Source: Eledone cirrhosa
Taxonomy: Eukaryota
Length of the DNA stretch: 64,000 bases
NCBI GenBank assembly: GCA_964016885.1
Contig: OZ024763.1
Coordinates: 27,528,001-27,592,000 of the forward strand
Reading direction: 5' to 3'
Position numbers and translations under genes: made by a program. The notes beneath the pieces were generated by a model, which ran no database searches, was not told the origin of the DNA, and saw only the letters and a program-made list of their open reading frames with translations. How positions within the stretch are numbered: the stretch's first letter is position 1; each line of letters opens with the position of its first letter. Below, one piece after another: positions 1-15,655 of this stretch.

Positions 1-1441
1 TGGTGTTGGTGGTGTTGGTGGTGGTGTGGGGTTGGTGTGGTGGTGTGGTGGTGTGGTCTGGTGGTGTGGTGTTGGTGGTGTTGTGGTGGTTGTTTAGTAA
101 ATCTTTTCTGGTTTTATATATATTGTAGTTGGTGGTGGTCTGGTGTTGTGATGTGGTGGTGGTGTGGTGGTGTTGGTGGTGTGGTGGTGTAGTGGTGGGG
201 TGTTGTAGTAGTGTAGTGGTGGTTGTGTGGTGGTGTTGGTGGTGTTGGTGTTTGTGGGGGTGTGGTGCTGTTGTGGTCTGGTGGTGGTGGTATGGTGTTG
301 ATGTTGGTAGTGGTGATGTTGTTGTTGGTGGTGGTGTGTTGTGTGGTGGTGGTGTTGTGGATGTGTTGGTGTTGGTGTTGTTAGTCTTATGACCAGCATG
401 ATGTTATTGGTTGTTTGGTAAATATTTTGTGGTTTTATATCCATTGTAGTTGGTGGTGGTGTGTTGGTGGTGGTGTTGGTGGTGGTGTGTTGGTGTGGTG
501 GTGGTGTTGTGGAGCTGTTGGTGTTGGTGTTGTGAGTCTTATGACCAGCATGATGTTGGTTGTTTGGTAAATATTTTGTGGTTTTATATCCATTGTAGTT
601 GGTGGTGGTGTGTTGGTGGTGGTGTTGGTGGTGGTGTGTTGGTGTGGTGGTGGTGTTGTGGAGCTGTTGGTGTTGGTGTTGTGTGTCTTATGACCAGCAT
701 GATGTTGGTTGTTTGGTAAATATTTTGTGGTTTTATATCCATTGTAGTTGGTGGTGGTGTGTTGGTGGTGGTGTTGGTGGTGGTGTGTGGTGTGGTGGAG
801 TTGGTGGTGGTGTAGTAGTGTTGTGGTGGTGTTGGTGGTGTTGGTGTTGGTGTTGGTGTTGGTGTTGGTGTTTGTGGTGGTGTGGTGGTGGTGGTGGTGT
901 GGTGGTGTTGGGGGTGTTATGGGTGGTGGTGTTGGGGGTGTTATGGGTGGTGGTGTGGTGTTGTTGTCTGGTGGTGGTGTGGTGGTGGTGGTGGTGTTAT
1001 GGGTGTTGGTGTTGGTGTTTGTGTTGGTGTTGGTGTTGGTGTTTGTGGTGGTGTGGTGGTGGTGTGGTGGTGTTGGTGGTGTTATGGGTGTTGGTGTTGG
1101 TGTTTGTGTTGGTGTTGGTGTTTTGTGGTGGTGTGGTGGGTCTAGCGGTGTTGGTGGTGGTAGTAGTAGTTATTGTAGTTGTTGGTGTTAGTGTTGTTGT
1201 TGTTGGTGTTAGTGTTATGACCAGAGTCGCGTTATGACCAGAGTCGCGTTATGACCAGAGTCGCGTTATGACCAGAGTCGCGTTATTGGTTTCGCAAATG
1301 CTTTGAGGTTTCAAATACATTCTAGTTTGCGTGTGTAGATGGTGGTGGTGGTGTTGGTGGTGTTGCTGTGGTGGTGTTGTAGTGGCGTTGTTGGTGTTGA
1401 TGTTGATGGTGATGATGGTGGTGTTGTTGGTGTTGTTGGTG
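1..1441. repeat. Degenerate (GGT/GTT)n tract with an embedded ~150 bp repeated unit
   Basis: The block ttatgaccagcatgatgtt...gtaaatattttgtggttttatatccattgtag recurs at about 388, 539 and 688. Confidence 0.85.
1214..1281. repeat. 17 bp tandem repeat x4
   Basis: gttatgaccagagtcgc four times exactly. Confidence 0.95.
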
Positions 1442-1444
1442 GAT

Positions 1445-3832
<2,388 letters not shown>

Positions 3833-4058
3833 GTAATAATAATAAATTTGAAGACTAAAATCCAAAGAGGGCTCGATAAGGATAAATATATATCAAATAT
3901 ATAAGAACCGTAGAGCAAATATTTATTAAAATAACAGATTACATTTTAAGCAAGGAATCGCTGCTTTCACCCTTAACGGGATCTTCTGAAACTCAAAAGA
4001 TCCCGTTAAGGGTGAAAGCAGCGATTATTTGCTTAAACTTTAATCTGTTATTTTAATA
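3833..4058 (-). mobile_element. Penelope-like hairpin-plus-tail remnant in (TA)n with a degenerate hammerhead core
   Basis: Inverted repeat 3924-4058 (gctttcacccttaacgggatctt / aagatcccgttaagggtgaaagc). The minus strand reads cagaaga-tcccgttaagggt-gaaagc, one mismatch from CUGANGA...GAAA. A ~90 nt unpaired tail lies to the left and (TA)n flanks both ends. Confidence 0.6.
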
Positions 4059-4075
4059 TATATATATATATATAA

Positions 4076-4133
<58 letters not shown>

Positions 4134-4214
4134 CCATACATTATATATATATATACACACAAATATATATATGTCCATACACACACTCTCACACTCACAC
4201 ACACACACACACAC

Positions 4215-4245
<31 letters not shown>

Positions 4246-4439
4246 AACACGCCCCCCCCCCCGCACACGCACACACGCACATACATATATATGTAGGTGT
4301 GTTTTTACTGATTTGCCAAAATTTCCAGAGACCATATAATTCGAACCACAGAAATTGACACCGTATTGGGTCACTAGTAACCGGAAGTTAAAACGAGGAG
4401 GTCACCCATTGTACTAACACAAAGGTAACACGTGAATTC

Positions 4440-4506
4440 CCGTGACTAAGTGGTTAGGGTATTCAGCTTACGATCGTACGGTCAGGAGTTCAAATCTTTC
4501 CGAGGT
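4440..4506 (+). mobile_element. Decayed tRNA-derived SINE head
   Basis: A-box-like tgactaagtgg and B-box-like agttcaaatc; similar to the head at 10586. Confidence 0.55.
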
Positions 4507-4516
4507 TATCTTTTTC

Positions 4517-7500
4517 TATAATTGTACAGTATAGTATAGTACAGTATAGTATAGTACAGTATAGTATAGTATAGTATAGTATAGTACAGTATAGTACAGT
4601 ATAGTACAGTATAGTATAGTATAGTACAGTATAGTACAGTATAGTATAGTACAGTATAGTACAGTATAGTATAGTATAGTATAGTATAGTATAGTATAGT
4701 ACAGTATAGTATAGTACAGTATAGTATAGTACAGTATAGTATAGTATAATATAGTATGGTATAGTATAGTACAGTATAGTATAGTATAGTATAGTATAGT
4801 ATAGTATAGTATAGTATAGTATAGTACAGTATAGTATCGTACAGTATCGTATAGTACAGTATAGTACAGTATAGTATAGTACAGTACAGTACAGTATATT
4901 ATAGTACAGTATAGTAAGTATAGTACAGTATAGTATAGTACAGTACAGTATAGTACAGTATAGTATAGTACAGTATAGTACAGTATAATATAGTATAGTA
5001 CAGTATAGTACAGTATAGTATAGTACAGTACAGTATAGTAGAGTATATTATAGTACAGTATAGTACAGTACAGTATAGTATAGTATAGTAGAGTATAGTA
5101 TAGTACAGTACAGTATAGTATAGTACAGTATAGTATTGTATAATATAGTATATTATAGTACGGTATAGTACAGTATAGTATAGTACAGTATAGTATAGTA
5201 TAGTATAGTATAGTATAGTATAGTATAGTATAGTATAGTATAGTATAGTATAGCATAGTACTGTACAGTATAGTATAGTATAGTATAGTATAGTATAGTA
5301 TAGTATAGATACAGTACTGTACAGTATAGTATATTATAGTACAGTATAGTATAGTACAGTATAGTATAGTATAGTACAGTATAGTATAGTATAGTATAGT
5401 AATAGTATAGTATAGTATAGTAATAGTATAGTACAGTATAGTGCAGTATAGTATAGTACAGTACATTATAGTATAGTACAGTACAGTATAGTATAGTACA
5501 GAATAGTATAGTATAATACAGTATAGTATAGTATAATATAGTATATTATCGTACAGTATAGTACAGTATAGTATAGTACAGTATAGTATAGTATAGTACA
5601 GTATAGTATAGTATAGTACAGTATAGTATAGTATAGTACAGTATAGTATAGTACAGTACAGTACAGTACAGTACAGTATAGTATAGTACAGTATAATATA
5701 GTATAGTACAGTATAGTATAGTACAGTATAATATAGTATAGTACAGTATAGTACAGTATAGTATAGTACAGTATAGTACAGTATAGTATAGTACAGTATA
5801 GTACAGTATAGTACAGTATAGTACAGTATAGTACAGTACAGTACAGTATAGTACAGTTTAGTACAGTATAGTATAGTAAATTATAGTATAGTACAGTATA
5901 GTATAGTATAGTACAGTACAGTATAGTATAGTATAGTATAGTACAGTATAGTATAGTACAGTATAGTATAGTATAGTACAGTATATTATAGTACAGTATA
6001 GTACAGTATAGTATAGTACAGTACATTATAGTATAGTACAGTACAGTATAGTATAGTACAGAATAGTATAGTACAGTATAGTATAGTATAATATAGTATA
6101 TTATCGTACAGTATAGTACAGTATAGTATAGTACAGTATAGTATAGTATAGTACAATATAGTATAGTATAGTATAGTATAGTATAGTATAGTATAGTATA
6201 GTACAGTAGAGTATAGTATAGAATAGTACAGTACAGTATAGTATAGTATAGTACAGTATAATATAGTATAGTACAGTATAGTACAGTATAGTATAGTATA
6301 GTACAGTATAGTACAGTATAGTATAGTACAGTATAGTACAGTATAGTACAGTATAGTACAGTATAGTACAGTACAGTACAGTATAGTACAGTTTAGTACA
6401 GTATAGTATAGTAAATTATAGTATAGTTCAGTATAGTATAGTATAGTACAGTACAGTATAGTATAGTATAGTATAGTACAGTATAGTATAGTACAGTATA
6501 GTATAGTATAGTACAGTATATTATAGTACAGTATAGTACAGTATAGTATAGTACAGTACAGTATAGTACAGTATAGTATAGTATAGTACAGTATAGTACA
6601 GTGCAGTATATTATAGTACAGTATAGTATAGTACCATATAGTACCATATAGTACAGTATAGTACAGTACAGTATAGTATAGTACAGTATAGTACAGTATA
6701 GTATAGTACAGTATAGTACAGTATAATATAGTATAGTACAGTATAGTACAGTACAGTATAGTATAAGTACAGTACTATATAGTACAGTATATTATAGTAC
6801 AGTATAGTACAGTATAGTACAGTATAGTATAGTACAGTATAGTACAGTATAATATAGTATAGCACAGTATAGTACAGTATAGTATAGTACAGTATAGTAT
6901 AGTACAGTATAGTATAGTACAGTATAGTATAGTACAGTATAGTATAGTATAGTACAGTATATTATAGTACAGTATAGTACAGTATAGTATAGTACAGTAC
7001 ATTATAGTATAGTACAGTACAGTATAGTACAGTACAGAATAGTATAGTACAGTATAGTATAGTATAATATAGTATATTATCGTACAGTATAGTACAGTAT
7101 AGTATAGTACAGTATAGTATAGTATAGTACAATATAGTATAGTATAGTATAGTATAGTATAGTATAGTATAGTATAGTATAGTATAGTATAGTATAGTAT
7201 AGTATAGTATAGTACAGTAGAGTATAGTATAGTATAGTACAGTACAGTACAGTATAGTATAGTATAGTACAGTATAATATAGTATAGTACAGTATAGTAC
7301 AGTACAGTATAGTATAGTACAGTATAGTACAGTATAGTATAGTACAGTATAGTACAGTATAGTACAGTATAGTACAGTATAGTACAGTATAGTACAGTAC
7401 AGTACAGTATAGTACAGTTTAGTACAGTATAGTATAGTAAATTATAGTATAGTACAGTATAGTATAGTATAGTACAGTATAGTATAGTATAGTATAGTAC

Positions 7501-8175
7501 AGTATAGTATAGTACAGTATAGTATAGTATAGTACAGTATATTATAGTACAGTATAGTACAGTATAGTACAGTATAGTATAGTACAGTACAGTATAGTAC
7601 AGTATAGTATAGTATAGTACAGTATAGTACAGTATAGTACAGTGCAGTATATTATCGTACAGTATAGTATAGTACCATATAGTACCATATAGTACAGTAT
7701 AGTACAGTATAGTATAGTACAGTATAGTACAGTATAGTATAGTACAGTATAGTACAGTATAGTACAGTATAGTACAGTATAATATAGTATAGTACAGTAT
7801 AGTACAGTACAGTATAGTATAAGTACAGTACTATATAGTACAGTATATTATAGTACAGTATAGTACAGTATAGTATAGTACAGTATAGTGCAGTATAATA
7901 TAGTATAGCACAGTATAGTACAGTACAGTATAGTATAGTACAGTATAGTATAGTACAGTATAGTATAGTACAGTATAGTATAGTACAGTATAGTACAGTG
8001 CAGTATATTATAGTACAGTATAGTATAGTATAGTACCATATAGTACCATATAGTACAGTATAGTATAGTATAGTATAGTACAGTACAGTATAGTAAGTAT
8101 AGTGTACTTTAGTATAGTACAGTATCGTACAGTATAGTACACTATAGTATAGTATCGTGTAGTGTAATATAGTAT
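4517..8175. repeat. ~3.65 kb pentanucleotide array (ATAGT/ACAGT)n with higher-order block duplications
   Basis: Continuous AYAGT units. Rare variants recur as blocks: tacattatag at about 5462, 6022 and 6998; accatatagtaccatat at about 6633, 7674 and 8035. Confidence 0.95.
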
Positions 8176-8663
8176 AAAGTATATATCTATTTACAGTTAC
8201 TTTTTGCTTCAAAACAACCAGGCAACAGACACCCCGTCCACCTATCGCACCACCGCCCAAATGTTACTCCATTCAACAACCCATTAGTTCTCCTCACCCC
8301 ACCTCAATCTCACCGGCTCTCCACCCTGGCCCTTCTCTCCTCTTTCAACACATTCAACACATCAAATCCTCCCATCCAACCCATCCAAACCCTAGTTATC
8401 CATCATTCCACGCACGCATGCACCCACCAACCAACCGCCCCCACGCCCACTCAGACACACCCTACACTCAGACCCACCCTACACTCCACCACCACCGCTA
8501 CCACCACCACCACTACCACAACTACCACCACCACCACCCACCGACTCCACCACCACCACCACCACTTCCATCACAACCACCACCACCACTACCACTACCA
8601 CGATCACCACTAGCTCCGAAAACCGTCACACCTCTCTCATCTTTTCGTCTAACCATCCATCCA

Positions 8664-8713
<50 letters not shown>

Positions 8714-8865
8714 AGCTTTCCCCACCACCACCACCACCACCACATCACGTCTCCTCTCTTCGCCTCTTCCACCCTTCCCAGGCTAGCACCCCACCCTAGT
8801 GCTACCACCACCACCGCCACCTCTGCCCACACTACCACCGCCACTGCAATAGCAGCAGCAACAGC

Positions 8866-8917
<52 letters not shown>

Positions 8918-9538
8918 GTAGACCGTACCATCACCACCGCTACCGCCGCCACCCACTTCTCTCTCCTTTAACAATCACCATTGCTCGTCGTTCAGTCATT
9001 TATCGCCCTCCCGCCCAACCCTACCAGCGCAGCCTCCTCAGCCAACAGCACCCATTATGTCGTCAATGAAGGGAGGCAATTCATTTGGCAATGCTCTTTA
9101 ACTTATGAAAAGCCGAAATAGCATAATCGCCATTAGCCATTAATTACTTTCAAATTTTCATTTCGTTTTCCAACCCCGCGTCTCCTAGCCATCTTTTGAA
9201 GCCAGCCAACAAGTTACTCATCTCTATTGAAATCTACTCGCCATTGATAGACACACAAAATAGATAGAAAAAAACAAAAAAAAACAACACAAGCGCCCCC
9301 TACAAACCCCCTCCACTACTACCACCACCATTACCACAACCACCATCACACCTCCGTGATCACCATCACCACTATCACACCAACACACACATACACACAA
9401 AAATAGAATAAAAAAAATAATATGTCTCCTTTTATAAATGGATAGCAAGGCAGATAGATTTAGAAATTATATGTAGACAGGGGAGACTACCCTCGCCTCA
9501 CCAAAAACAAAACAAAACAGACATGCACATATAAACAA

Positions 9539-9596
<58 letters not shown>

Positions 9597-9761
9597 ATGT
9601 ATGTACGTGTATATGCATGTATATAATTTACACTTTTAGGAAAGTGTGTATGTGTGTGTGAAAGAGATAGAAAGGGGATTATTTTGAATAATCATACCTC
9701 ATAATAATATAATGTATACATCCTTCTATTATATATACATACATACATATATATATATCTG

Positions 9762-9844
<83 letters not shown>

Positions 9845-9934
9845 ATTTAATGACATTTTCAGGTCCCCCGATATGAATAATCGTAAACAAGCCCAAATAT
9901 GTATTCATATGCACTTTTATGCATGTATCGAGGT

Positions 9935-9965
<31 letters not shown>

Positions 9966-10228
9966 CATCTGAGAGAGATAGAGAGGGGGGGGGAGGGTGT
10001 TAAGTGGAGGTGAATAAAAGAAAAAAAGTACCGCTTTAGACTAAAAATAAGGGCATGTCTGGTGTCTGGTGAAGGGCGCAGTTTGAAAAGAAATAGAATA
10101 TGTGTTGAAAGAAGCGGATGGGGACAGGGGTAGCAGGGGTAGTAAGAGGAGGGGTGGAAAGCTAGAGGACCAAGAAGAGGAAAACAAGGAACACAATACA
10201 TACATAAAAACTAAAATATGTATCCTTA

Positions 10229-10550
10229 ATATAGCTCGCTCTCAGGGAGATTCGGCATAATGTAGCTAGCTCTCAGGGAGATTCAGCACAATAAAGCTAG
10301 CTCTCAGGGAGATTCAGTATAATATAGCTAGCTCTCAGGGAGATTCAGCACAATATAGCCTGTTCTCAGGGAGATTCAGCATAATATAGCTAGCTCTCAG
10401 GGAGATTCAGCATATTATAGCTAGCTCTCAGGGAGATTCAGCATAATACAGTGTTTGACAAAGCTGGGTTTCATGAAATATGAAAGAAAATACATGCATA
10501 AAACTAAAACAGGTTATCTTAATATAGCTAGCTCTCAGGGAGATTCGGCA
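10229..10550. repeat. 31 bp minisatellite (7 copies plus 1) derived from a SINE body segment
   Basis: ctcagggagattc at 10241, 10272, 10303, 10334, 10365, 10396, 10427 and 10534; the same sequence occurs once in the SINE at about 11909. Confidence 0.9.
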
Positions 10551-10585
10551 CGACATACTGTTTGACAAAGCTGCCGGGGTCAGTG

Positions 10586-11283
10586 GAGACGCGTGGCCTA
10601 GTGGTAAGGGCGTTGGACTTACGACCGACCATAATGTGGTGGGTTCGATTCCTAGGATGGGTTGCGTGCTGAAAATGAGTACTAGCAATAGCTGAGGGTT
10701 TAATCCTGTGATGGACTGGCGTCCTGTCCAGGGGGAAATCTTGTACTCTCTGTCGCTTCACGCCACAAAACCGGGACAAGCACCGGCCAAATGAGTCTTC
10801 TGGCTTAAGACAGACTTTAACTTTACGATGGAGTGGCGTCCTGTCCAGGGGTGAGTCTTGTACTCTCAGTCACTTCACGCCATGAAACTGGGATAAGCAA
10901 CGGCCAAATGATCCTTCTGGCTTAAGACAGACTTTAACCCAGTGATTGACTGGCGTCCTGTCCAGGGGGATGTCTTGTACTCTCAGTCACTTCACGCCAT
11001 GAAACTGGGATAAGCACCGGCCAAATGAGCCTTCTGGCTTAAGACAGACTTTAACCCAGTGATTGACTGGCGTCCTGTCCAGGGGGATGTCTTGTACTCT
11101 CAGTCGCTTCACGCCATGAAACTGGGATAAGCACCGGCCAAATGAGCCTTCTGGCTTAAGACAGACTTTAACCCAGTGATTGACTGGCGTCCTTTTCAGG
11201 GGAGAGTCTTGTACTCTCAGTCGCTTCACGCTATGAAACCGGGATAAGCACCGGCCTAACATGTTTCTGGGTTAAGACAGACA
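10586..11283 (+). mobile_element. tRNA-derived SINE with a V-domain-like body; 3' 117 bp tandemly repeated x5
   Basis: A box tggcctagtgg and B box ggttcgattcc. The unit gactggcgtcctgtccagggg...cttaagacagacttt starts at 10714, 10831, 10948, 11065 and 11182. The V-domain likeness is from memory. Confidence 0.8.
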
Positions 11284-11303
11284 TTCGACTCTAGTCTTTA
11301 GAT

Positions 11304-11594
11304 CAGTCACCGGCAACTTGCGGCCCGCGAAGCTTTCTCAAAGGCTCGCCTAAGTCACCTAAGTGAAATCTTTCTGATTTTTTTTACCCCAACTTTTCAG
11401 TCGTAGTTTATCTTTCTATCATTTTTACGATCGAGGAAAACAACACTGTAAGAATTCTGAAGAAACAATTTAAAACAATCTGAGTTACCGCCCTTTTTAA
11501 ATGTGGGCACGAATGTAAATTAGCGCTTGTGGCCCGCCTGATGATAAGTCATATCTCATGCGGCACGCTACTCGAAGAAGGTTGCCCATGCCTG
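11304..11594. mobile_element. hAT (Charlie-type) MITE
   Basis: Imperfect TIRs cagtcaccggcaactt / aaggttgcccatgcctg, subterminal gcggcccgcg motifs, and an 8 bp TSD-like pair ctttagat / gtttagac. Confidence 0.7.
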
Positions 11595-11609
11595 GTTTAG
11601 ACTGACGAG

Positions 11610-11732
11610 ATTAGAGTAACGCGAATTAAAGTGTCTTGCTCAAGGACGCAACACATCAAACACCGGAAACCGAAATCAGGACCATACAGCTACCAGACAA
11701 ACCTCTTTAGCCACCAAGCCTCACGTCTTCAC
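11610..11732 (-). mobile_element. Decayed SINE 5' part
   Basis: aaagtgtcttgctcaaggac core shared with the copies at 12010 and 31990. Confidence 0.6.
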
Positions 11733-11779
11733 AGAAAGAAAATATGACTAGCCGGATGAATCGAGAAGAAAATAGTAGT

Positions 11780-12114
11780 AGTGGCACTCCGTCGCTTACG
11801 ACGACGAGTATTCCTGATGATATGATGAACAGAACAGCCTACGCGTGGAATTAACGTGTAAGTGGCTGAGCATTTTACGAACACGTGTACCTTTTTAACG
11901 ACGTAGTTCTCAGGGAGATTCAGCGTGACACAAATGTGACAAAGAATTTCAAGTACAACTCATTTTTGCCGGCGGCTGAGTGTTGTGGTCTCACTGGAGC
12001 AACGTGAAATAAAGTGTCTTGCTGAAGGATACAGAGCGCCACCGGGAATCGAACTCACGACAACGACTTGACGGTCGCGAACCGAACACCTTAACCACAG
12101 AGCCACCAACCTTC
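11780..12114 (-). mobile_element. Near full-length tRNA-derived SINE
   Basis: Minus strand has A box tggctctgtggtt, B box gagttcgattccc, a cagcaagacacttta core and a 3' end cgacggagtgccac followed by (tac)n. Confidence 0.8.
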
Positions 12115-12257
12115 CTCAAGAAGAAAATAATTAAAGATTAAAAATCGAAAAATTAAGAATTGAAAATCAAAAGCATAAAATAAATAAAAATAAAAATAGA
12201 ATTCAGAGACGAGAAATAAAAGATAAAAATAGATTTTAAAAAGTGGAAACGGTAGAC

Positions 12258-13350
12258 TGTTACTGCTGCTGTTGCTGTTGTTGTTGTTGCTGTTGCTGTT
12301 GTTGTTGTTGTTGTTGTTGTTGTTCTTGTTATTGCTGTTGTCTCATTTATGTTATTGTTGCTTTTCCGTTTATTGTAGTTGCTCTTGTTTTGTGGTTGTT
12401 GTTGTGGCTGATGATGATGTTGCTGTAGTTATTCTTGTTGTTGTTGTTGGTGTTGTTGTTGTTGTTGTTGTTGTTGTTGGTGGTGGTGTTGGTGTTGTTG
12501 TTGGTGTTGTGGTTGTCGTTGTTGTTGTTGTTGTTCTTGTTGTTATTGCTGTTGTCTCATTTATGTTATTGTTGCTTTTCCGTTTATTGTAGTTGCTCTT
12601 GTTTTGTGGTTGTTGTTGTGGCTGATGATGATGTTGCTGTAGTTATTCTTGTTGTTGTTGTTGGTGTTGTTATTGTTGTTGTTGGTGGTGGTGTTGGTGT
12701 TGTTGTTGGTGTTGTTGTTGTTGTTGTTGTAGTTGTGGTTGTTGTTGTTGCTGCTGTTTGCTGTCCAGTTTCTGGATCTGCTGTTTTGATTGTACTTGTT
12801 GCTGTTGTTATTGTTGTTGCTGTTGTTGCTGTTGTTATTGTTGTTATTGTTGTTATTGTTGTCGTCGTTGTTGTTGTTATTGGTGTTGTTGGGATTGTAG
12901 TTGTGGTTGTTTTTGTTGTGGGTGTGTTTGTGGTTACTGTTGTAGCAGTTGTTGTTGTTGTTATTGTTGTTGTTATTGTTGTTGTTGTTATTGTTGTTGC
13001 TGTTGTTATTGTTGTTATTGTTGTTGCTGTTGTTATTGTTGTAGCAATTGTTGTTGTTGTTGATGTTGTTATTGTTGTTGTTGTTGCTGTTGTTATTGTT
13101 GTTATTGTTGTTGCTGTTGTTATTGTTATTGTTGTTGCTGTCATTGATGTTCCTGTTGTTGCTGTTGTTGTTGTTGCTGTCATTGATGTTGCTGTTGTTG
13201 TTGCTGTTGTTGCTGTTGCTGTTGTTGTTGCTGTTGCTATTGTTGTTGTTGTTGTTATTCTTGTTGTTGTTGTGTTCTTGTTGTTGTTGTTGTTGTTATT
13301 GTTGTTGTTGTCGTCCTTTCTGTTGCTGTTGTTATTGTCGCTATTATTAT
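12258..13350. repeat. Degenerate (GTT/GCT/ATT)n tract with a ~214 bp duplication
   Basis: gttgtctcatttatgttattgttgcttttccg at about 12337 and 12551. Confidence 0.85.
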
Positions 13351-14257
13351 TAAGAAACGATCTGTTTATTACGTTTTTGTTATAGTTTTATCTCGGAGAC
13401 ACCCCCTCCCCCTTTTTTTAAATAATAAAACAAAAAAACAACAACAACAATAACAACAACAAAAGCAGCAACAACAACAACAACAACAACAACAACACAA
13501 CAAAAGCCCTCCCGTGAATAGTTAAACGGTGTGAAGATATGAATTTGTATATAACTAAATGGTTTCCTTATGGGGGCGATGCTGGTGTTTATTGGTCTTT
13601 TAAGGGGCTTGCGGTGGGGGGTTTTAAAGGGCGACGGGTTGTGGCAAAGGCGGGGTGGTGTTGGAATTGATGTGTTTGTGTATGTGTAAAGATTTTTTTT
13701 TGTTTATGTTTGGTTTATATTCCCGCTTATTATTTTTTTTTTATTTCAAACTTTTGTTTTCTATTTAAATGACGTGTGAGTCATGTGGAGTAATATATCG
13801 GGGAAATTAATATGTATGTAATTGTATAGATGGATAGATGTGTGTATGTGTGTATGTGTGTGTGTATAGAGATGTGAGTGTGTGTGTGGAGAGAGAGAGA
13901 GATAAGTGTGTGTATGTATGTATGTGTGTATGTGTGGATAGATGGGTAGATGTGTGTGTGTGGTTAGAGGGATGTGTGCGTATAGATTGATAGATGTGTG
14001 TGTATATATAGTTGGATAGATGGGTGAATGTGTGTGTGTATGTGTGTGTACGTGTGTGTGTGTATAGATGGATAGATGGGTAGATATGTGTGTGTATGTA
14101 TGTGTGTGTGTGTGTATGGATGGATAGATGTGTGTGTGTGTGTGTGATTATATAGATGGATAGATTGGTAGATGTGTGTGTGTATGGATAGATGTGTGTA
14201 TGTAATTGTATAGATGTATAGATGGATAGATGTGTGTGTATGTATGTATGTATATAC

Positions 14258-14773
14258 AAGGTTTCTTGGTGAGGAGGGTGACTTTGGACATCCTGCAGGA
14301 CTAAAAACAAAACCTGTCAAAGGAAAAGGGAGCTCTTAAGAGTCAATGGTCATCCAAAATCACCGGGAGAGATGACCCCTTAGCCTTTGTCAAGGCAGAA
14401 TTCTAGGAGAAGGAAAACTCTGATATAACACCTGCAACCCTGATGGTATCCAATGATGTTGACTTGTTCTTCTTTTTAGTAAATATCATCTTGGTTAAGA
14501 GAGTGGGACTGGCTTTGTGCAGTGCCTTTGCTCACTATAAAAGCTTCACGGCACAGGCATTGCTTTATATCTGGAGATCTCTCTGCACTTGTCGTCACAT
14601 GGTACCATGGGCCCAGCACTATGTGTCAATAATTGTCACAAGTGTAGTGTTTGTACCAGAGTTTTCAAGTCACTGGCTGGACTAAAAAGTCACACTCGTT
14701 CAGCGCATCGGTAGGGGTTCTCCTACATGGATATAAAGTAGTGGCCGTACTCGAAAACGAGTTGGCAGCCACC
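14258..14773 (+). mobile_element. Bipartite non-autonomous RTE-derived element (5'UTR-like part joined to a zinc-finger 3' end)
   Basis: ctaggagaaggaaaactctga resembles RTE 5'UTRs. The 3' part encodes CSVCTRVFKSLAGLKSHTRSAHR*, followed by the hairpin actcg-aaaa-cgagt. A near-identical copy is at 30705-31162. Confidence 0.7.
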
Positions 14774-14787
14774 ATGTATATATTTAT

Positions 14788-15165
14788 GAGGAATGTCGTC
14801 GTCTGGAACATAAACAACGGAAGCGTCAGCTCCGGAAGGACTGTGCTCACAGTTTTGATGAAGTCATCAGTAGTTGGACATGCAATTTCTGTCAGCGGTT
14901 ATGTTAATCACCTGAAGTCACATGAAAGAATGACAACCTGCAGCACCACTCAACAGAGACCTGACGAAACAACGTGCGTGATGTGCAACAAAGTGTGTAG
15001 AACTAGTTCCGGACTACTTAAAAAACACATGGTGGTACACAAAGATTATGCCCCACAGGGTGACTCCCCCACCGGTCCTGTGGAAAGCATAGCTCTCTTC
15101 TGTCACCTGTCTCGAAAACCATGCAGATCTACAGCTGGCCTACAAAGTCATCTACGTCATTTTTT
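14788..15165 (+). pseudogene. RTE-type LINE ORF2 C-terminus with three C2H2 zinc-finger remnants
   Basis: EECRRLEHKQRKRQLRK, then in a shifted frame GYVNHLKSH, CVMCNKVCRTSSGLLKKHMVVH and CHLSRKPCRSTAGLQSHLRH. Confidence 0.65.
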
Positions 15166-15177
15166 ACACTCCCCCTA

Positions 15178-15271
<94 letters not shown>

Positions 15272-15275
<4 letters not shown>

Positions 15276-15354
15276 AAGAAAGTGTGGTAAGGTCTCAGGT
15301 GGAACATAACGCACCAGAGTACTCGAAACTTAAGGGGTTATAGGAAAAATGTCT

Positions 15355-15357
<3 letters not shown>
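15272..15357 (-). mobile_element. PLE-type tail fragment in (TA)n, related to 50557 and 32737
   Basis: gtggtaagg...caggtgga.cataacgcacca.agtactc matches 50568-50610. Confidence 0.7.
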
Positions 15358-15393
<36 letters not shown>

Positions 15394-15493
15394 TAAACCA
15401 TGTTGCATGAAATGACTTGTTCAGTCAAAGTATACCATATATGGTCAGAGCTAATATTTCAATATTAATGCTTTTTTTTCTTTTTTTTTCCAG

Positions 15494-15569
15494 AAATACA
15501 ATGTTGCGGAACCTCATCAATTCGTGTCACAAGATGTCTGGAGCGACGAAGATACTACTTAAAATCCAG
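15494..15569 (+). other. Candidate 76 nt internal exon of an unidentified host transcript
   Basis: Acceptor ttttttttcttttttttttccag and donor CAG|gtaag. Two frames are open (NTMLRNLINSCHKMSGATKILLKIQ; IQCCGTSSIRVTRCLERRRYYLKS) but neither is recognised. Confidence 0.45.
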
Positions 15570-15655
15570 GTAAGAAGTTTTCAATAAATGTATACATGTA
15601 AGAAAATTCTTTTTAACATTCTGGAAAAAATGTCACATAGAAACACGATGTTTAA

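Noticed and set aside
4516-8260. Tyr/Cys-rich ORFs on the minus strand
   Set aside because: Products of the pentamer repeat.
10586-10660. tRNA gene (also at 4440, 12040 and 32030)
   Set aside because: A and B boxes are present but there is no convincing cloverleaf, and most continue into SINE bodies.
14745-14765. gtactcga as another instance of the tail motif (also at 31135 and 18888)
   Set aside because: These belong to an RTE terminal hairpin and a Tc1-type MITE, not to hairpin-plus-tail elements.
14860-15165. Host C2H2 zinc-finger gene (also at 49465)
   Set aside because: Frameshifted, and preceded by the basic C-terminal motif of RTE ORF2, so better explained as LINE ends.
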